Shown here: positions 44,479 through 53,020 of the stretch, in pieces
How positions within the stretch are numbered: position 1 is the stretch's first letter
Layout of the letters: each line of letters begins with the position of its first letter
DNA from: an uncultured archaeon
Lineage (GTDB): Archaea > Iainarchaeota > Iainarchaeia > Iainarchaeales > GCA-2688035
Assembly: GCA_964354805.1 (NCBI GenBank)
Contig: CAYHBD010000028.1
Span: 3,186-67,185 of the forward strand
Direction: 5' to 3'
DNA length: 64,000 nucleotides
The notes under the pieces: generated by a model
Database searches by the model: none
The model's input: only the letters and a program-made list of their open reading frames with translations
What the model was told of the DNA's origin: nothing
Made by a program: the position numbers and the translations under genes

Positions 44479-45588
44479 ATGGCTGGAAAAATTAAGGTTG
44501 CGATTGCGGGAGTCGGGAACTGCGCGAGCAGTTTGATCCAGGGAGTTGAATACTATAAGGATGTTGGCGCAGGAGACAAGCTTGTACCCGGCTTGATGCA
44601 CAATGTTTTGGGCGGGTATAAGATTTCCGATATTGAGTTTGTTGCAGCTTTTGATGTTGACAAGAGAAAAGTTGGAAAGCCATTGAACAAGGCGATTTAC
44701 GAGAAGCCGAACAACACTTACGAGATTGTGAGCAAGGTGCCAAAGTGGGGCGATGTTATAGTGCAAAAGGGCCCTGTTTTGGACGGGATTGCACCGCACA
44801 TGCTCGAATACCCGGAGGATGTTTCATTCAGGGTTGATGAGCGACAGAAGCCAGTGGATGCCACAAAAGTACTGCGAGATTCAGGCGCGGAGATTCTGAT
44901 GAATTATATGCCTGTTGGCTCTGAAAAGGCTACGCAATATTATGCCCAGGCTGCTTTGGATGCCGGATGCGCTTTCATCAACTGCATTCCCTCTTTCATT
45001 GCCTCAGAGCCTTCTTGGGAGAAAAAATTTAGGGAGAAGGGCTTGCCTTGTACGGGCGATGACATAAAAGCAGAGGTGGGTGCAACAATTGTACATAGAA
45101 CGCTTGCAAAGCTGTTTGACGACAGGGGCGTTAAAATAACAGGCACATACCAGCTGAATGTCGGCGGAAACACTGACTTTCTGAACATGACCAGGCATGA
45201 AAGGCTGAAATTCAAGAGGATTTCGAAGACAGAGGCAGTGCAAAGCAACCTGCAAGTGCCATTGGAGCCTGACAAGGTTCACATTGGGCCAAGCGATTAT
45301 GTTCCATGGTTGCTTGACAGGAAAATCTGCTTCTGCAGGATTGAAGGAGAAAAGTTCGGCAGGGCGCCTGTAAACATTGAGTTAAGGCTGCAGGTTGAGG
45401 ACTCGGCAGACAGCGCCGGCTGCACAATTGACGGCTTGAGATGCCTGAAGCTTGCTTTGGACAGGAAAATTGCAGGGGATTTGAGTTCAATTTCCGCATA
45501 CATTATGAAACACCCCGCACACCAGCTCCCTGATCCGATTGCGAGGGAAATGATGGAAGAATTCATTAAGGGAACAAGGGAGCGCTAG
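44479..45588 (+). CDS. ino1: myo-inositol-1-phosphate synthase
   Basis: KVAIAGVGNCASSLIQGVEYYK N-terminus and archaeal MIPS length (369 aa). SD GGAGGT upstream. Confidence 0.85.
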   Translation: MAGKIKVAIAGVGNCASSLIQGVEYYKDVGAGDKLVPGLMHNVLGGYKISDIEFVAAFDVDKRKVGKPLNKAIYEKPNNTYEIVSKVPKWGDVIVQKGPVLDGIAPHMLEYPEDVSFRVDERQKPVDATKVLRDSGAEILMNYMPVGSEKATQYYAQAALDAGCAFINCIPSFIASEPSWEKKFREKGLPCTGDDIKAEVGATIVHRTLAKLFDDRGVKITGTYQLNVGGNTDFLNMTRHERLKFKRISKTEAVQSNLQVPLEPDKVHIGPSDYVPWLLDRKICFCRIEGEKFGRAPVNIELRLQVEDSADSAGCTIDGLRCLKLALDRKIAGDLSSISAYIMKHPAHQLPDPIAREMMEEFIKGTRER

Positions 45589-46648
45589 AATTCAATTCAT
45601 ACAGAAATTGCACGTGCTCCGGCAATTCTTTAAGAATTGCCTCATCTTTCTTTATTTTTATTAGGGCGAACAGAAGCTCTAAAGGCACTTTTGTTTCATT
45701 TCTTCTGAAATGTTCCATCTGCCTGTTTGAATACTTTTTTTTGGTAAATTTGTTTATTTCGTTTGCGAGACTTCTGTCGGTTCCGAACACACATTTTAAT
45801 TCGCTAATCAAAGCGCAAAGTTGGTTGGACCGAATTCTGCCAAAGGCGGAAATTTTAATCACCACATCGGTTAAGAGTTTTTGTTTTTCACCGCCAAAAT
45901 ATCCAACATGCCTGTAAAAATTAACTATTGACTTTTGCCGCATTATGGAGAAATTGAATATATACTTGTAATCTTTAGGGCAATCCCTCTTTTGGAAATA
46001 AATTATTCTAGTGGATTTTACCCCAAACTCCAGTAACAGTCGCTTAATCTGTTCAAAAAAACAGAGTGCGCTTTCAAGATAAGGTTTACTTTTTACCATA
46101 GTTAAATCTATTTGAAAAGAAAACTGCCTGTTTGTTTTTAACATTGGCTTGCTTCCTTCAAAAGAAAAGAAAGCCCTCAAAAACTCACTTTTAATTTCCC
46201 TGCTTCCGCCCATTATCCACCCAGGGATAAGAAACTCTTTCTCAGTTTTGTTGCCAGCCGGCGCGCCAGCAAGAATCAGGATTCTTGCGACAGCAGCATT
46301 CCAAACAATCGCCTTATAGGGTTGCTTCCTCCAGTTATTGTGATTTGGAGTGTACGCTTGCACCTTCCCAGTTACCCCAAAAACATTCTTGACAAGGGAA
46401 AGAAACCATTTACACTCAAACTCATTGCTCGAGTAAAGAATTATCTTCCTAGTTCTTGGGCTGCCGTCACTTGTATACCATTCAACATGCCCATCGCTCA
46501 TCAGCGCAGCAACAAGCGCAGCAAGCTCACCCGAAGCGCGCAGCGGCAAAACCTTCTTCGCAAACAGCTTGCTCCTGTTCGTTATCCTCGGAAAAGCTGC
46601 CATAAGCTGCTCAAAGGTTACAACCGCATCGCCCATGCCCCACACCAA
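45566..46648 (-). CDS. free-standing LAGLIDADG-type endonuclease-like protein
   Basis: LAALVAALMSDGHV and IKSEFLRAFFSFEGSK motifs. Its 3' end overlaps the ino1 3' end by 23 nt. Confidence 0.6.
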   Translation of the reverse strand: MVWGMGDAVVTFEQLMAAFPRITNRSKLFAKKVLPLRASGELAALVAALMSDGHVEWYTSDGSPRTRKIILYSSNEFECKWFLSLVKNVFGVTGKVQAYTPNHNNWRKQPYKAIVWNAAVARILILAGAPAGNKTEKEFLIPGWIMGGSREIKSEFLRAFFSFEGSKPMLKTNRQFSFQIDLTMVKSKPYLESALCFFEQIKRLLLEFGVKSTRIIYFQKRDCPKDYKYIFNFSIMRQKSIVNFYRHVGYFGGEKQKLLTDVVIKISAFGRIRSNQLCALISELKCVFGTDRSLANEINKFTKKKYSNRQMEHFRRNETKVPLELLFALIKIKKDEAILKELPEHVQFLYELNSSAPLFP

Positions 46649-46829
46649 TAAAACCTGCGCTTTTGCTTCTTAAAGCGGTTTCGGAAGAGAGCACTGTTCC
46701 ACTGCTATTTTGAATAGCGGGGCTTCCGCTGATATTAAAAACATTTTGGGCTCAAAGTATTACAATGCAGCCTGATTCAGGCAAAAGCTTCAGGCGGAAA
46801 GTGCATTGAGAAGGCGCGGGGGTAGTTTA

Positions 46830-47456
46830 ATGCCATACCAAGAAAACAAGAGAAAATTTTTTCAAAACTTTTCTGTAAAGTTAGGCATACTTTTCAGCAA
46901 GATTCCTTTGACGCCAAACCAGTGGACTTTGATTAGCCTGCTGCCTGCGGTTGTTGCGGTTTATTATTTAACAAAAAACCAGTTCATAGAAGCAGGCGCT
47001 CTGTTTTTTGTTGCCTTGTTCATTGACTGGATTGATGGCAGCGTTGCAAGAGTGGTCGGGCAAGCAAGCGCAAAAGGGGCATACATTGACACAATTGTTG
47101 ACAGATATGTTGAAACAATAGTTATCTTTGGTTTATTGTTTTGCACTCTGCCGAATTTTTTTGTTCCAATTCAGGCTTGGATACTGTTAATGCTGTTTGG
47201 CTTTTTCATGACAACCTATGCTAAAGCGGCTTCAAGTGAGAAAAAGGTAATGAGCGAAGAGCACACGGGAAGCTTTTTGAACAGAGCCGAACGAACCATA
47301 ATCTTGGACGCAGGAATACTGATTGCAGTTCTTGAACCAATTTATTTAACCTATGTAATCGCTGCCTTGGCTGTTCTTACAAACTTGGCTGCAATCCAAA
47401 GAATTTATATTGCATTAAAGACGTACAACGCAGAGCTGGCGCGGAATAAAAAATAA
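46830..47456 (+). CDS. CDP-alcohol phosphatidyltransferase (likely archaetidylinositol-phosphate synthase)
   Basis: DWIDGSVARVVGQASAKGAYIDTIVD fits D-x2-DG-x2-AR-x8-G-x3-D-x3-D. The ino1 neighbourhood suggests inositol as the alcohol. ATG at 46830. Confidence 0.75.
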   Translation: MPYQENKRKFFQNFSVKLGILFSKIPLTPNQWTLISLLPAVVAVYYLTKNQFIEAGALFFVALFIDWIDGSVARVVGQASAKGAYIDTIVDRYVETIVIFGLLFCTLPNFFVPIQAWILLMLFGFFMTTYAKAASSEKKVMSEEHTGSFLNRAERTIILDAGILIAVLEPIYLTYVIAALAVLTNLAAIQRIYIALKTYNAELARNKK

Positions 47457-47458
47457 AC

Positions 47459-48121
47459 TCACAGCTTTTTAATCAACCCGAGCTTTGCGATTGGCGAAAA
47501 CAAGTGCACCAATGGCAGGGCGATTTTTCCCTGCACTTTTGTTTTTCCACCGGCAATCGCTTTCCTCAGCTCTTCTTCGTTTCCTGCATTGCACTCAGTG
47601 AACGCGTTCCCAATCTCCCGGGGAGCGTGCCCATCGCTTCCGGCAATTGCGCTTAAGCCATGCTTTTTTGCAAAAGCAGCTGCTTTTCTGTTCGGGCCAT
47701 TTGTTAAGCACCTGCTGTTGAATGTTTCAATTACTTTAACTCTCTTGATTGCATTGTCCAAATCGAGGAAAGCGTTCCTGAAAGAGTCAAAAGGGTGCGC
47801 AATGGCAACAAGAGCATCCTGCGAATCAAGCGCATCCATCACTTCACCAAATGACCCCGGCTTGACCTCCTTGTTCATAAAATAGCCGAGCACTTCTCCA
47901 ACTGTTCTGCCTTGCCTTTTCACTTTTATTTCCTCGCCTTTTACAATCAGAACATTTTCTTTTTTTCCTAGCGGGATTAATTCCTTCCAGGCATTACAGT
48001 TGTTGTGGTCTGTTATCGCAATTCCGGTCAATTGCTTTTCTTTTATTTTTTTAATTATACTTGAAGGGCTGCTCAAGCCGTCTTCGCTGTAGCAGCTGTG
48101 GATGTGCATGTCAATGCGCAA
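47459..48121 (-). CDS. PHP-domain metal-dependent phosphoesterase
   Basis: MRIDMHIHSCYSEDG, ITDHN and AHP motifs. Confidence 0.8.
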   Translation of the reverse strand: MRIDMHIHSCYSEDGLSSPSSIIKKIKEKQLTGIAITDHNNCNAWKELIPLGKKENVLIVKGEEIKVKRQGRTVGEVLGYFMNKEVKPGSFGEVMDALDSQDALVAIAHPFDSFRNAFLDLDNAIKRVKVIETFNSRCLTNGPNRKAAAFAKKHGLSAIAGSDGHAPREIGNAFTECNAGNEEELRKAIAGGKTKVQGKIALPLVHLFSPIAKLGLIKKL

Positions 48122-48250
48122 TCGGCAACACCAATTACATTTAAATTGCTGTTAAGTTAATAAATCGTGCTGAATGCCTGAAAACTTTAAAGGCATAATT
48201 CAGGCAAAGTTATTTATTTGCCCAAAACATTATAGATAAAGCTGATTGCA

Positions 48251-48679
48251 ATGGAAACATGGATTATTTTCGCAGTGCTGGCTGCCCTCAGCTGGGGAAC
48301 CTACATTGTGTTGAACAAGGTTGCAATAAGCAGGGGCGTGAGCCCTTTTCTTGTGCTTGCCCTGATGGCAGTGGGCATAGTTGGGTTGTTTGCAGCTGTT
48401 TTCTTTGTTTCAAAGCCAAGCATTTCAACTGATTCAACAGGCCTGGCTCTTGCGGTAATTGCAGGCGGGCTTTGGGGAGTTGGACAATTGTTTGCTGTGC
48501 TTGCCTTGGCAAACAAGGCGCCTGTTGCAAAGCTTGCGCCGATTTATAACACGAACACGCTTGTCGCGGTTTTGCTTGGAATAATTTTGCTAAAAGAGCT
48601 GCCTGCGGGCACAGAGAAAATAAAAGTTCTAATCGGTGCTGTGCTGATTGTGGTTGGCGGCGTGCTGGTAAGCAGTTAG
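48251..48679 (+). CDS. half-size EamA/DMT-family membrane transporter
   Basis: 142 aa, 4-5 TM helices, EamA-like C-terminal LKELP..IGAVLIVVGGVLV. Confidence 0.6.
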   Translation: METWIIFAVLAALSWGTYIVLNKVAISRGVSPFLVLALMAVGIVGLFAAVFFVSKPSISTDSTGLALAVIAGGLWGVGQLFAVLALANKAPVAKLAPIYNTNTLVAVLLGIILLKELPAGTEKIKVLIGAVLIVVGGVLVSS

Positions 48680-48685
48680 GCTTTC

Positions 48686-48752
48686 GCGAAGCATTTTTCC
48701 CACATTGTAAAGCGAAGCTTGCGAAGCGGTTTTCCCCAAGCTTTTGCGAAGC
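48686..48752 (+). repeat. four copies of GCGAAGC within 67 nt
   Basis: GCGAAGC at 48686, 48712, 48721 and 48746. Two ~35-nt units (GCGAAGCATTTTTCCCA.. / GCGAAGCGGTTTTCCCCA..). The last copy sits in the hairpin CTTTTGC-GAA-GCAAAAG. Confidence 0.85.
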
Positions 48753-48768
48753 AAAAGGCTGTTACGAT

Positions 48769-48807
48769 GCCTCGCAAAACCAATGGTTTTGCAAGGAGGC
48801 TTTTTTT
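48769..48807 (+). terminator. long hairpin followed by T7
   Basis: GCCTC-GCAAAACCA..TGGTTTTGC-(AAG)-GAGGC, then TTTTTTT at 48801-48807. Confidence 0.5.
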
Positions 48808-48829
48808 GAATTAGCGGTATCCTTGTTAG

Positions 48830-49480
48830 TCAAATGTTTTGTTGCTTTGTGCAGCTTAGCACTGTTTTTTCGTTTGTCCTTGTGTCAGTGTAGCTTTCGA
48901 ATGTGATTGTAAAGCCAAGCATTACAAGCATCATTTCTGGTTTTGCCGCATCCTCCGCTGCTGCAATGCCTTCGGTAATAAAAGGTGCCGGAATCGCGCA
49001 GGTTTTCTCTTCGCTTGTTGACGCGCTGTAAAGGGAAATTGAGCAATTTTCGTCCGCTTTTCCTTTAACAGAATAAGTTCCGCCGTTCTGCCCAGTCAAT
49101 TCAATGTTGCCAGCGCTGCATGCCAACATTTTTTCATTGAAGCAAACAATTGCTGCCTTTTCAGCAGCAGTCTGCTCATCCGGATTCACCAGGAGATGCG
49201 TGTTGTCCACGCTGCCGCAGTTTTCCTCTCCATCAGGGGGCAGTGCTCCGCCAGGGCAATTGCTCAAATCAGCAATCCAGGTGCCGTCAGCGCATTTATA
49301 CCACCATTGGAGCTGGTCGCCAGGTGCCGGCTGCCCGCCAATCAGCTGCTGTAGAGTTGGAAGAAACTGGAGAGTAAACAATCCGGTGAAATGTAATATT
49401 AACAAAACTGCAAGCGCAACAAGCGTAAATACAGGGCCCAAAAATTTTTTCTGCATCAGCTTATTATAAAGCTCAACCAC
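48830..49480 (-). CDS. secreted/membrane-anchored Cys-containing hypothetical protein
   Basis: 216 aa with N-terminal TM helix (VFTLVALAVLLILHF) and 8 Cys in the predicted external part. Confidence 0.5.
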   Translation of the reverse strand: MVELYNKLMQKKFLGPVFTLVALAVLLILHFTGLFTLQFLPTLQQLIGGQPAPGDQLQWWYKCADGTWIADLSNCPGGALPPDGEENCGSVDNTHLLVNPDEQTAAEKAAIVCFNEKMLACSAGNIELTGQNGGTYSVKGKADENCSISLYSASTSEEKTCAIPAPFITEGIAAAEDAAKPEMMLVMLGFTITFESYTDTRTNEKTVLSCTKQQNI

Positions 49481-49563
49481 TTATTTAACCTTTTCTTTTA
49501 ATGCGGCTTTAAATGCAAAGAAATAAATAGTGAAATCGGGATTATTTTAACGGTGATTAATTA

Positions 49564-50094
49564 ATGGTCTTTGGTTTCGGCGAGGGAAGCATTGATTTAA
49601 TGCTTGACAAAACAAATTTCACATTCGGAGAAACAATGCATGGCTTTGTAAACCTGCGGCTCAAAAAAACAAAGCAGGCAAAGCAGCTAAAAGTAATGGT
49701 AACAGCGGTTAGGTATATCTCGCGATATGGCGGTGGCACAATAAGAATTGGCTCTGCAGGCGGGAGAAGCAGTGGCTCAAGCACTGAAGCGGAATACGTT
49801 TTTTCAACAGAGAAAATCCTTGATGGCGAAAAGGAGTACGCTCCACCAGGCACAAGATACGAGTTTCAAATCCAGTTGCCGCCTAGAAGCGCGCTGCCCA
49901 GTGAATCAACGCAGCCTGAAATTGGAGGAAAGCTTGGGGCAGTAATAGGGGTAGCCCAAAGGTTTTCATCAGTTAAAACCAGCATTCAAACAACATGGTA
50001 TGTTGAAGCAAAACTTGATATTCCAGGCGGAAGAGACATAACAAAAGAAATTCAGGTAACAGTCAGCGAAATAAGTCCTCAACCAGGGCTCTAA
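49564..50094 (+). CDS. hypothetical protein, arrestin/Spo0M-like beta-sandwich (tentative)
   Basis: The N-terminus IDLMLDKTNFTFGETMHGFVNLRLKK..LKVMVTAV has the pattern of arrestin-N/Spo0M-type proteins. This is a weak call. Confidence 0.35.
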   Translation: MVFGFGEGSIDLMLDKTNFTFGETMHGFVNLRLKKTKQAKQLKVMVTAVRYISRYGGGTIRIGSAGGRSSGSSTEAEYVFSTEKILDGEKEYAPPGTRYEFQIQLPPRSALPSESTQPEIGGKLGAVIGVAQRFSSVKTSIQTTWYVEAKLDIPGGRDITKEIQVTVSEISPQPGL

Positions 50095-50974
50095 AATCCT
50101 TTGGATAAAGCAGCAGCGGCCTCAAAACAACAAGCTGCTGCTTTGCGTCAAATCGCTTGTAAGCTGAAAGCGATTTTGCGTCTGTTTTGCTGTCGGGTGC
50201 AACAATTGCCTGAATGTTCCTCTCAGCAACCAGTTTCTGCAAATCCTTTTCCTCTGTTAAAACGAATTTCCTGTAACCATTCAATGGAACCAGCTTTGCA
50301 ATCGCCTTTCGCATGCGCGCATTCGCTTTTTTCACAACGGGAAAAACATTGCAGCCCCGCCTCAGCATCAAAAAGCCTGCAAGCAAATCACCCTTTTTTC
50401 CTGAAAACAAAAGCGCAACGCTGCCCTCTGCACCCAAAGGCAGGCCGCCCAGGCCAAGCGCCTGTTGCCTGTAAATGAAGAAATCCTTTTTCCTTATTTC
50501 AATGCAAATCTCTTTCTCCGGGTTTTTCAATTTCACTTTAAGACCCTCAATTTCTTTTTGAACCACAGCACCCAGTCTTCTTTCCAAATCCCTTCCGGAA
50601 AATTCTTTGTTGTTTGCAACATTCACATCCAAAGCAAAAGTGTCGCCTTTTTTGAGCAACTTTTCCGCAAACGCAACAGTTTGCTTTTCAATTTCACTAT
50701 AATCTGCTCCCTGAAAATACAGGGCTATTGCTGTTGCGTGAATTCCGCTAACCGTTGAAAGAACCCTCTGCGCTTTTTTGCAATCTGAGCAGAACAAGAA
50801 AAGCCTGCCACCGCCCCGAATTATTTCTTTGCAGGCAATTTTGTTTCTCTTCAAAGCAAAGCGAATGCTCTGCACAAGCTTTTTCGTGAAAAAGCGCCTG
50901 ACAAAAACGCTCTTCAAAGCAATCTCCGAGGCTGTTTTAACAAGCAGGCACTGGTTTGTTTTTGCCGCTATCAT
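50063..50974 (-). CDS. ThiI-like NFLD+THUMP RNA-binding protein with truncated, degenerate PP-loop domain
   Basis: THUMP-like middle region (DTFALDVNV..). The PP-loop position reads LLFSGKKGDLLA instead of SGGxDS. The RPLL block is retained and the C-terminal half of the catalytic domain is missing. Confidence 0.6.
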   Translation of the reverse strand: MIAAKTNQCLLVKTASEIALKSVFVRRFFTKKLVQSIRFALKRNKIACKEIIRGGGRLFLFCSDCKKAQRVLSTVSGIHATAIALYFQGADYSEIEKQTVAFAEKLLKKGDTFALDVNVANNKEFSGRDLERRLGAVVQKEIEGLKVKLKNPEKEICIEIRKKDFFIYRQQALGLGGLPLGAEGSVALLFSGKKGDLLAGFLMLRRGCNVFPVVKKANARMRKAIAKLVPLNGYRKFVLTEEKDLQKLVAERNIQAIVAPDSKTDAKSLSAYKRFDAKQQLVVLRPLLLYPKDFRALVEDLFR

Positions 50975-51023
50975 AAGCTATTTAAAGAAAAGCAATCATT
51001 AAATTGTATTATGGCTGAAAAAA

Positions 51024-51239
51024 GTGAGCGACTTTGCTAAGTCAAGCAAGCTGATTCTGTCCGTTTTAAACAGCCATGGGGCCCTCAGCCAGTTTCAAAT
51101 TGTGCATTGCAGCAGGATTCCAAAAAGAACAGTCAGGCACAATCTGCGAAAAATGCGAGAAGCCAATCTGGTCAGGGAAAAAATAGCCTGGAACGATTTG
51201 AGGCAAAAGCTGTATGAGCCAACTGGTGTTAAAAGATGA
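51024..51239 (+). CDS. small winged-helix DNA-binding protein
   Basis: 71 aa. ILSVLNSHGALSQFQIVHCSRIPKRTVRHNLRKMREANLV is wHTH-like. Its stop overlaps the next start (ATGA). Confidence 0.55.
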   Translation: MSDFAKSSKLILSVLNSHGALSQFQIVHCSRIPKRTVRHNLRKMREANLVREKIAWNDLRQKLYEPTGVKR

Positions 51240-52078
51240 GAAACGCACTGCAATTAGTTGGAAACACGCCTTTGGTTGAATTGGATAACGGAATCTTTGC
51301 AAAGCTTGAGTCAGCGAACCCAAGCGGCTCGATAAAGGACAGGATGGTCAAATTCATGATTGAACAGGCTGAGAAAAGAGGCGAACTGAAAAAGGGGTTC
51401 ACAATTGTTGAGGCAACAAGCGGCAACACAGGCATTGCCCTTTCAATGATTGGGAAATTGAAAGGATACAAGGTGAAGATTTTTATGCCCAAGCACATGA
51501 GTGATGAGAGGAAAAGGATGATGAAATACTTTGGGGCAACACTTGTTCTCACAGGCTCAATGGAGGAGGCAATGGAGAAAGCTGGGAAAGAAGCGAGAAA
51601 ACAGGGGGCCTTTCTGCTGAACCAGTTCAAGAACAAAGACAACATTGAAGCACATTTCCAGACAACGGGCCAAGAGATATTGAAACAAGTTGGCAGGAAA
51701 ATAGATTACTTCGTTGCAGGCATTGGAACAGGCGGAACCATTATGGGAGCTGGAAGAGCCATTAAAGAAAAACACCCGAACGCAAGAATTATCGGGGTTC
51801 TGCCCAAAGACAAAGAAGACAACAAAATTGAGGGAATAGGCTGGTATTACAAAAAGGAAATAGTTGACCAAAGTTTTTTTGACAAAATTTTGATGATCCC
51901 AAACAGCGAAGCAATCGAGGCGGCAAAAAGCCTTGCAAAGCGCTTTGGGCTCTTTGTCGGGATAAGCAGCGGCGCAAACTACGCGGCGGCAAAAAAGTTC
52001 AAAGGAACAATTGCAATAATTCTGCCGGATTCGGCAAACAGGTATTTGAGCACTGAATTGCTCAAAGGGAATAAATAA
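51236..52078 (+). CDS. PLP-dependent cysteine synthase / CBS-like enzyme (PALP family)
   Basis: PLP-lysine block NPSGSIKDRM, SGNTGIAL, GTGGTIMG and ISSGAN. Confidence 0.8.
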   Translation: MRNALQLVGNTPLVELDNGIFAKLESANPSGSIKDRMVKFMIEQAEKRGELKKGFTIVEATSGNTGIALSMIGKLKGYKVKIFMPKHMSDERKRMMKYFGATLVLTGSMEEAMEKAGKEARKQGAFLLNQFKNKDNIEAHFQTTGQEILKQVGRKIDYFVAGIGTGGTIMGAGRAIKEKHPNARIIGVLPKDKEDNKIEGIGWYYKKEIVDQSFFDKILMIPNSEAIEAAKSLAKRFGLFVGISSGANYAAAKKFKGTIAIILPDSANRYLSTELLKGNK

Positions 52079-52122
52079 AAATAATTCATTAAAGGATATT
52101 ATTGCAAAGCGCAAGCTTTGCT

Positions 52123-52150
52123 CCCTTGCGAAGCAAGGGGGTTTTTCTTT
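52123..52150 (+). terminator. hairpin CCCTTGC-GAA-GCAAGGG followed by a T-tract
   Basis: 7-bp stem with GAA triloop (contains GCGAAGC), then GTTTTTCTTT. Preceded by a second hairpin, GCAAAGC-GCAA-GCTTTGC, at 52104-52121. Confidence 0.5.
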
Positions 52151-52154
52151 GATA

Positions 52155-52183
52155 CAACTTTCTTTTTTCCAAAAAGAAAGTTG
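52155..52183 (+). repeat. 13-bp-stem hairpin CAACTTTCTTTTT-TCC-AAAAAGAAAGTTG ending 2 nt before tRNA-Cys
   Basis: The core CTTTTTTCCAAAAAG recurs 3' of the tRNA at 52342-52356. Confidence 0.8.
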
Positions 52184-52185
52184 TC

Positions 52186-52324
52186 GCGGGGTTGGCAGAG
52201 TGGTCATGCGCCGGCCTGCAGAAACCTTTTCTTAGAAAGAAAAGGTTTGCGAAAAGAAGGGTTGCTTCGCAACCCAAATGCCTGCGGCTAGCCGAGGAAG
52301 AGGGTTCGATTCCCTCACCCCGCT
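52186..52324 (+). tRNA. tRNA-Cys(GCA) with a 68-nt intron at 37/38 (52222-52289)
   Basis: Acceptor GCGGGGT/ACCCCGC. Anticodon stem CCGGC/GCCGA (one C.A) with loop CTGCAG|..|A. 4-nt variable loop. T arm GAGGG-TTCGATT-CCCTC. Bulge-helix-bulge: C32-G, U33.G, G34-C, C35-G with 3-nt bulges AGA and CUA. Confidence 0.7.
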
Positions 52325-52365
52325 TTAATTGTTTAGTAACGCTTTTTTCCAAAAAGCAAAGTTTA

Positions 52366-52393
52366 TATACCTATAGCTATAACTATAGGTATA
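52366..52393. promoter_or_regulatory. inverted repeat TATACCTATAG-ctataa-CTATAGGTATA upstream of vapB (candidate autoregulatory operator / TATA region)
   Basis: 11-bp perfect arms, followed by GGTGAT and the ATG at 52406. Confidence 0.6.
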
Positions 52394-52405
52394 GGTGATG
52401 ATTGT

Positions 52406-52603
52406 ATGCAGACAACTATTCCTTTGGAAAAGGAAACCGTGCAGGTTTTGGAGAAATTGAAAAGCAAGTATAATGTGAGCTCTTACGATAAGCTCATCAA
52501 GCAAATGCTGCAAAAGGAAACGCAGACACCAAAAAGCCTTTTTGGCGCACACCAGAAAATGAAACCATTCAAGAGGGACAAGGCTGATTTCCATGAGCTT
52601 TAA
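52406..52603 (+). CDS. vapB: VapB-like antitoxin
   Basis: 65-aa ORF overlapping the PIN gene by 11 nt. The N-terminus TIPLEKETVQVLEKLK has a ribbon-helix-helix/AbrB-like style. Confidence 0.55.
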   Translation: MQTTIPLEKETVQVLEKLKSKYNVSSYDKLIKQMLQKETQTPKSLFGAHQKMKPFKRDKADFHEL

Positions 52604-52982
52604 ATATGTGCTTGACAGCTTTGCCTGGGTTGAATACTTCAGGGGGTCAAAGAGGGGCGAAATAGCCAGGGACTGCCTTGCTGAGGGCGGCTGCATTACG
52701 CCGACAATAGTTTTGGCAGAGCTTTCGGATGTTTATGAAAGAGAGAAAAACAGCCATTGGGAAAGGGACTTGGATTTTATAATATCCAAGACAACAATTG
52801 TTGATTTGGACCAAGAGATCGCTGCTGATGCAGGAAAAATCAAAAACGAAATTAGAAAAAAATACGAGTCAGAATTTGGATTGGCTGACGGCATAGTTCT
52901 CGCTACCGCGAGAAAATTCGAAGCAAAAGTAGTGACAGGCGATTTGCACTTTCAAAAAATAAACAATGTAATACTGATATAA
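52593..52982 (+). CDS. vapC: PIN-domain toxin VapC
   Basis: YVLDSFAWVEY (first Asp), LAELSDVY (Glu), LADGIVLATA and VVTGDLHF (C-terminal Asp). 129 aa. Confidence 0.8.
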   Translation: MSFKYVLDSFAWVEYFRGSKRGEIARDCLAEGGCITPTIVLAELSDVYEREKNSHWERDLDFIISKTTIVDLDQEIAADAGKIKNEIRKKYESEFGLADGIVLATARKFEAKVVTGDLHFQKINNVILI

Positions 52983-53020
52983 CCGCACCGATTCCCTGAA
53001 CCCAGCTTTTTGTTCTGATT

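Noticed and set aside
48686-48752. GCGAAGC cluster as a CRISPR array
   Set aside because: The repeat is only 7 nt, spacing is irregular (26, 9, 25 nt), and there are no cas genes in the window.
52186-52324. Alternative reading of the second tRNA as a class-II tRNA-Leu(CAG)
   Set aside because: That register puts G at position 33 and leaves no complementary 3' anticodon-stem strand. The Cys(GCA) register gives U33, a 4-bp + C.A anticodon stem, a 4-nt variable loop and a proper bulge-helix-bulge.
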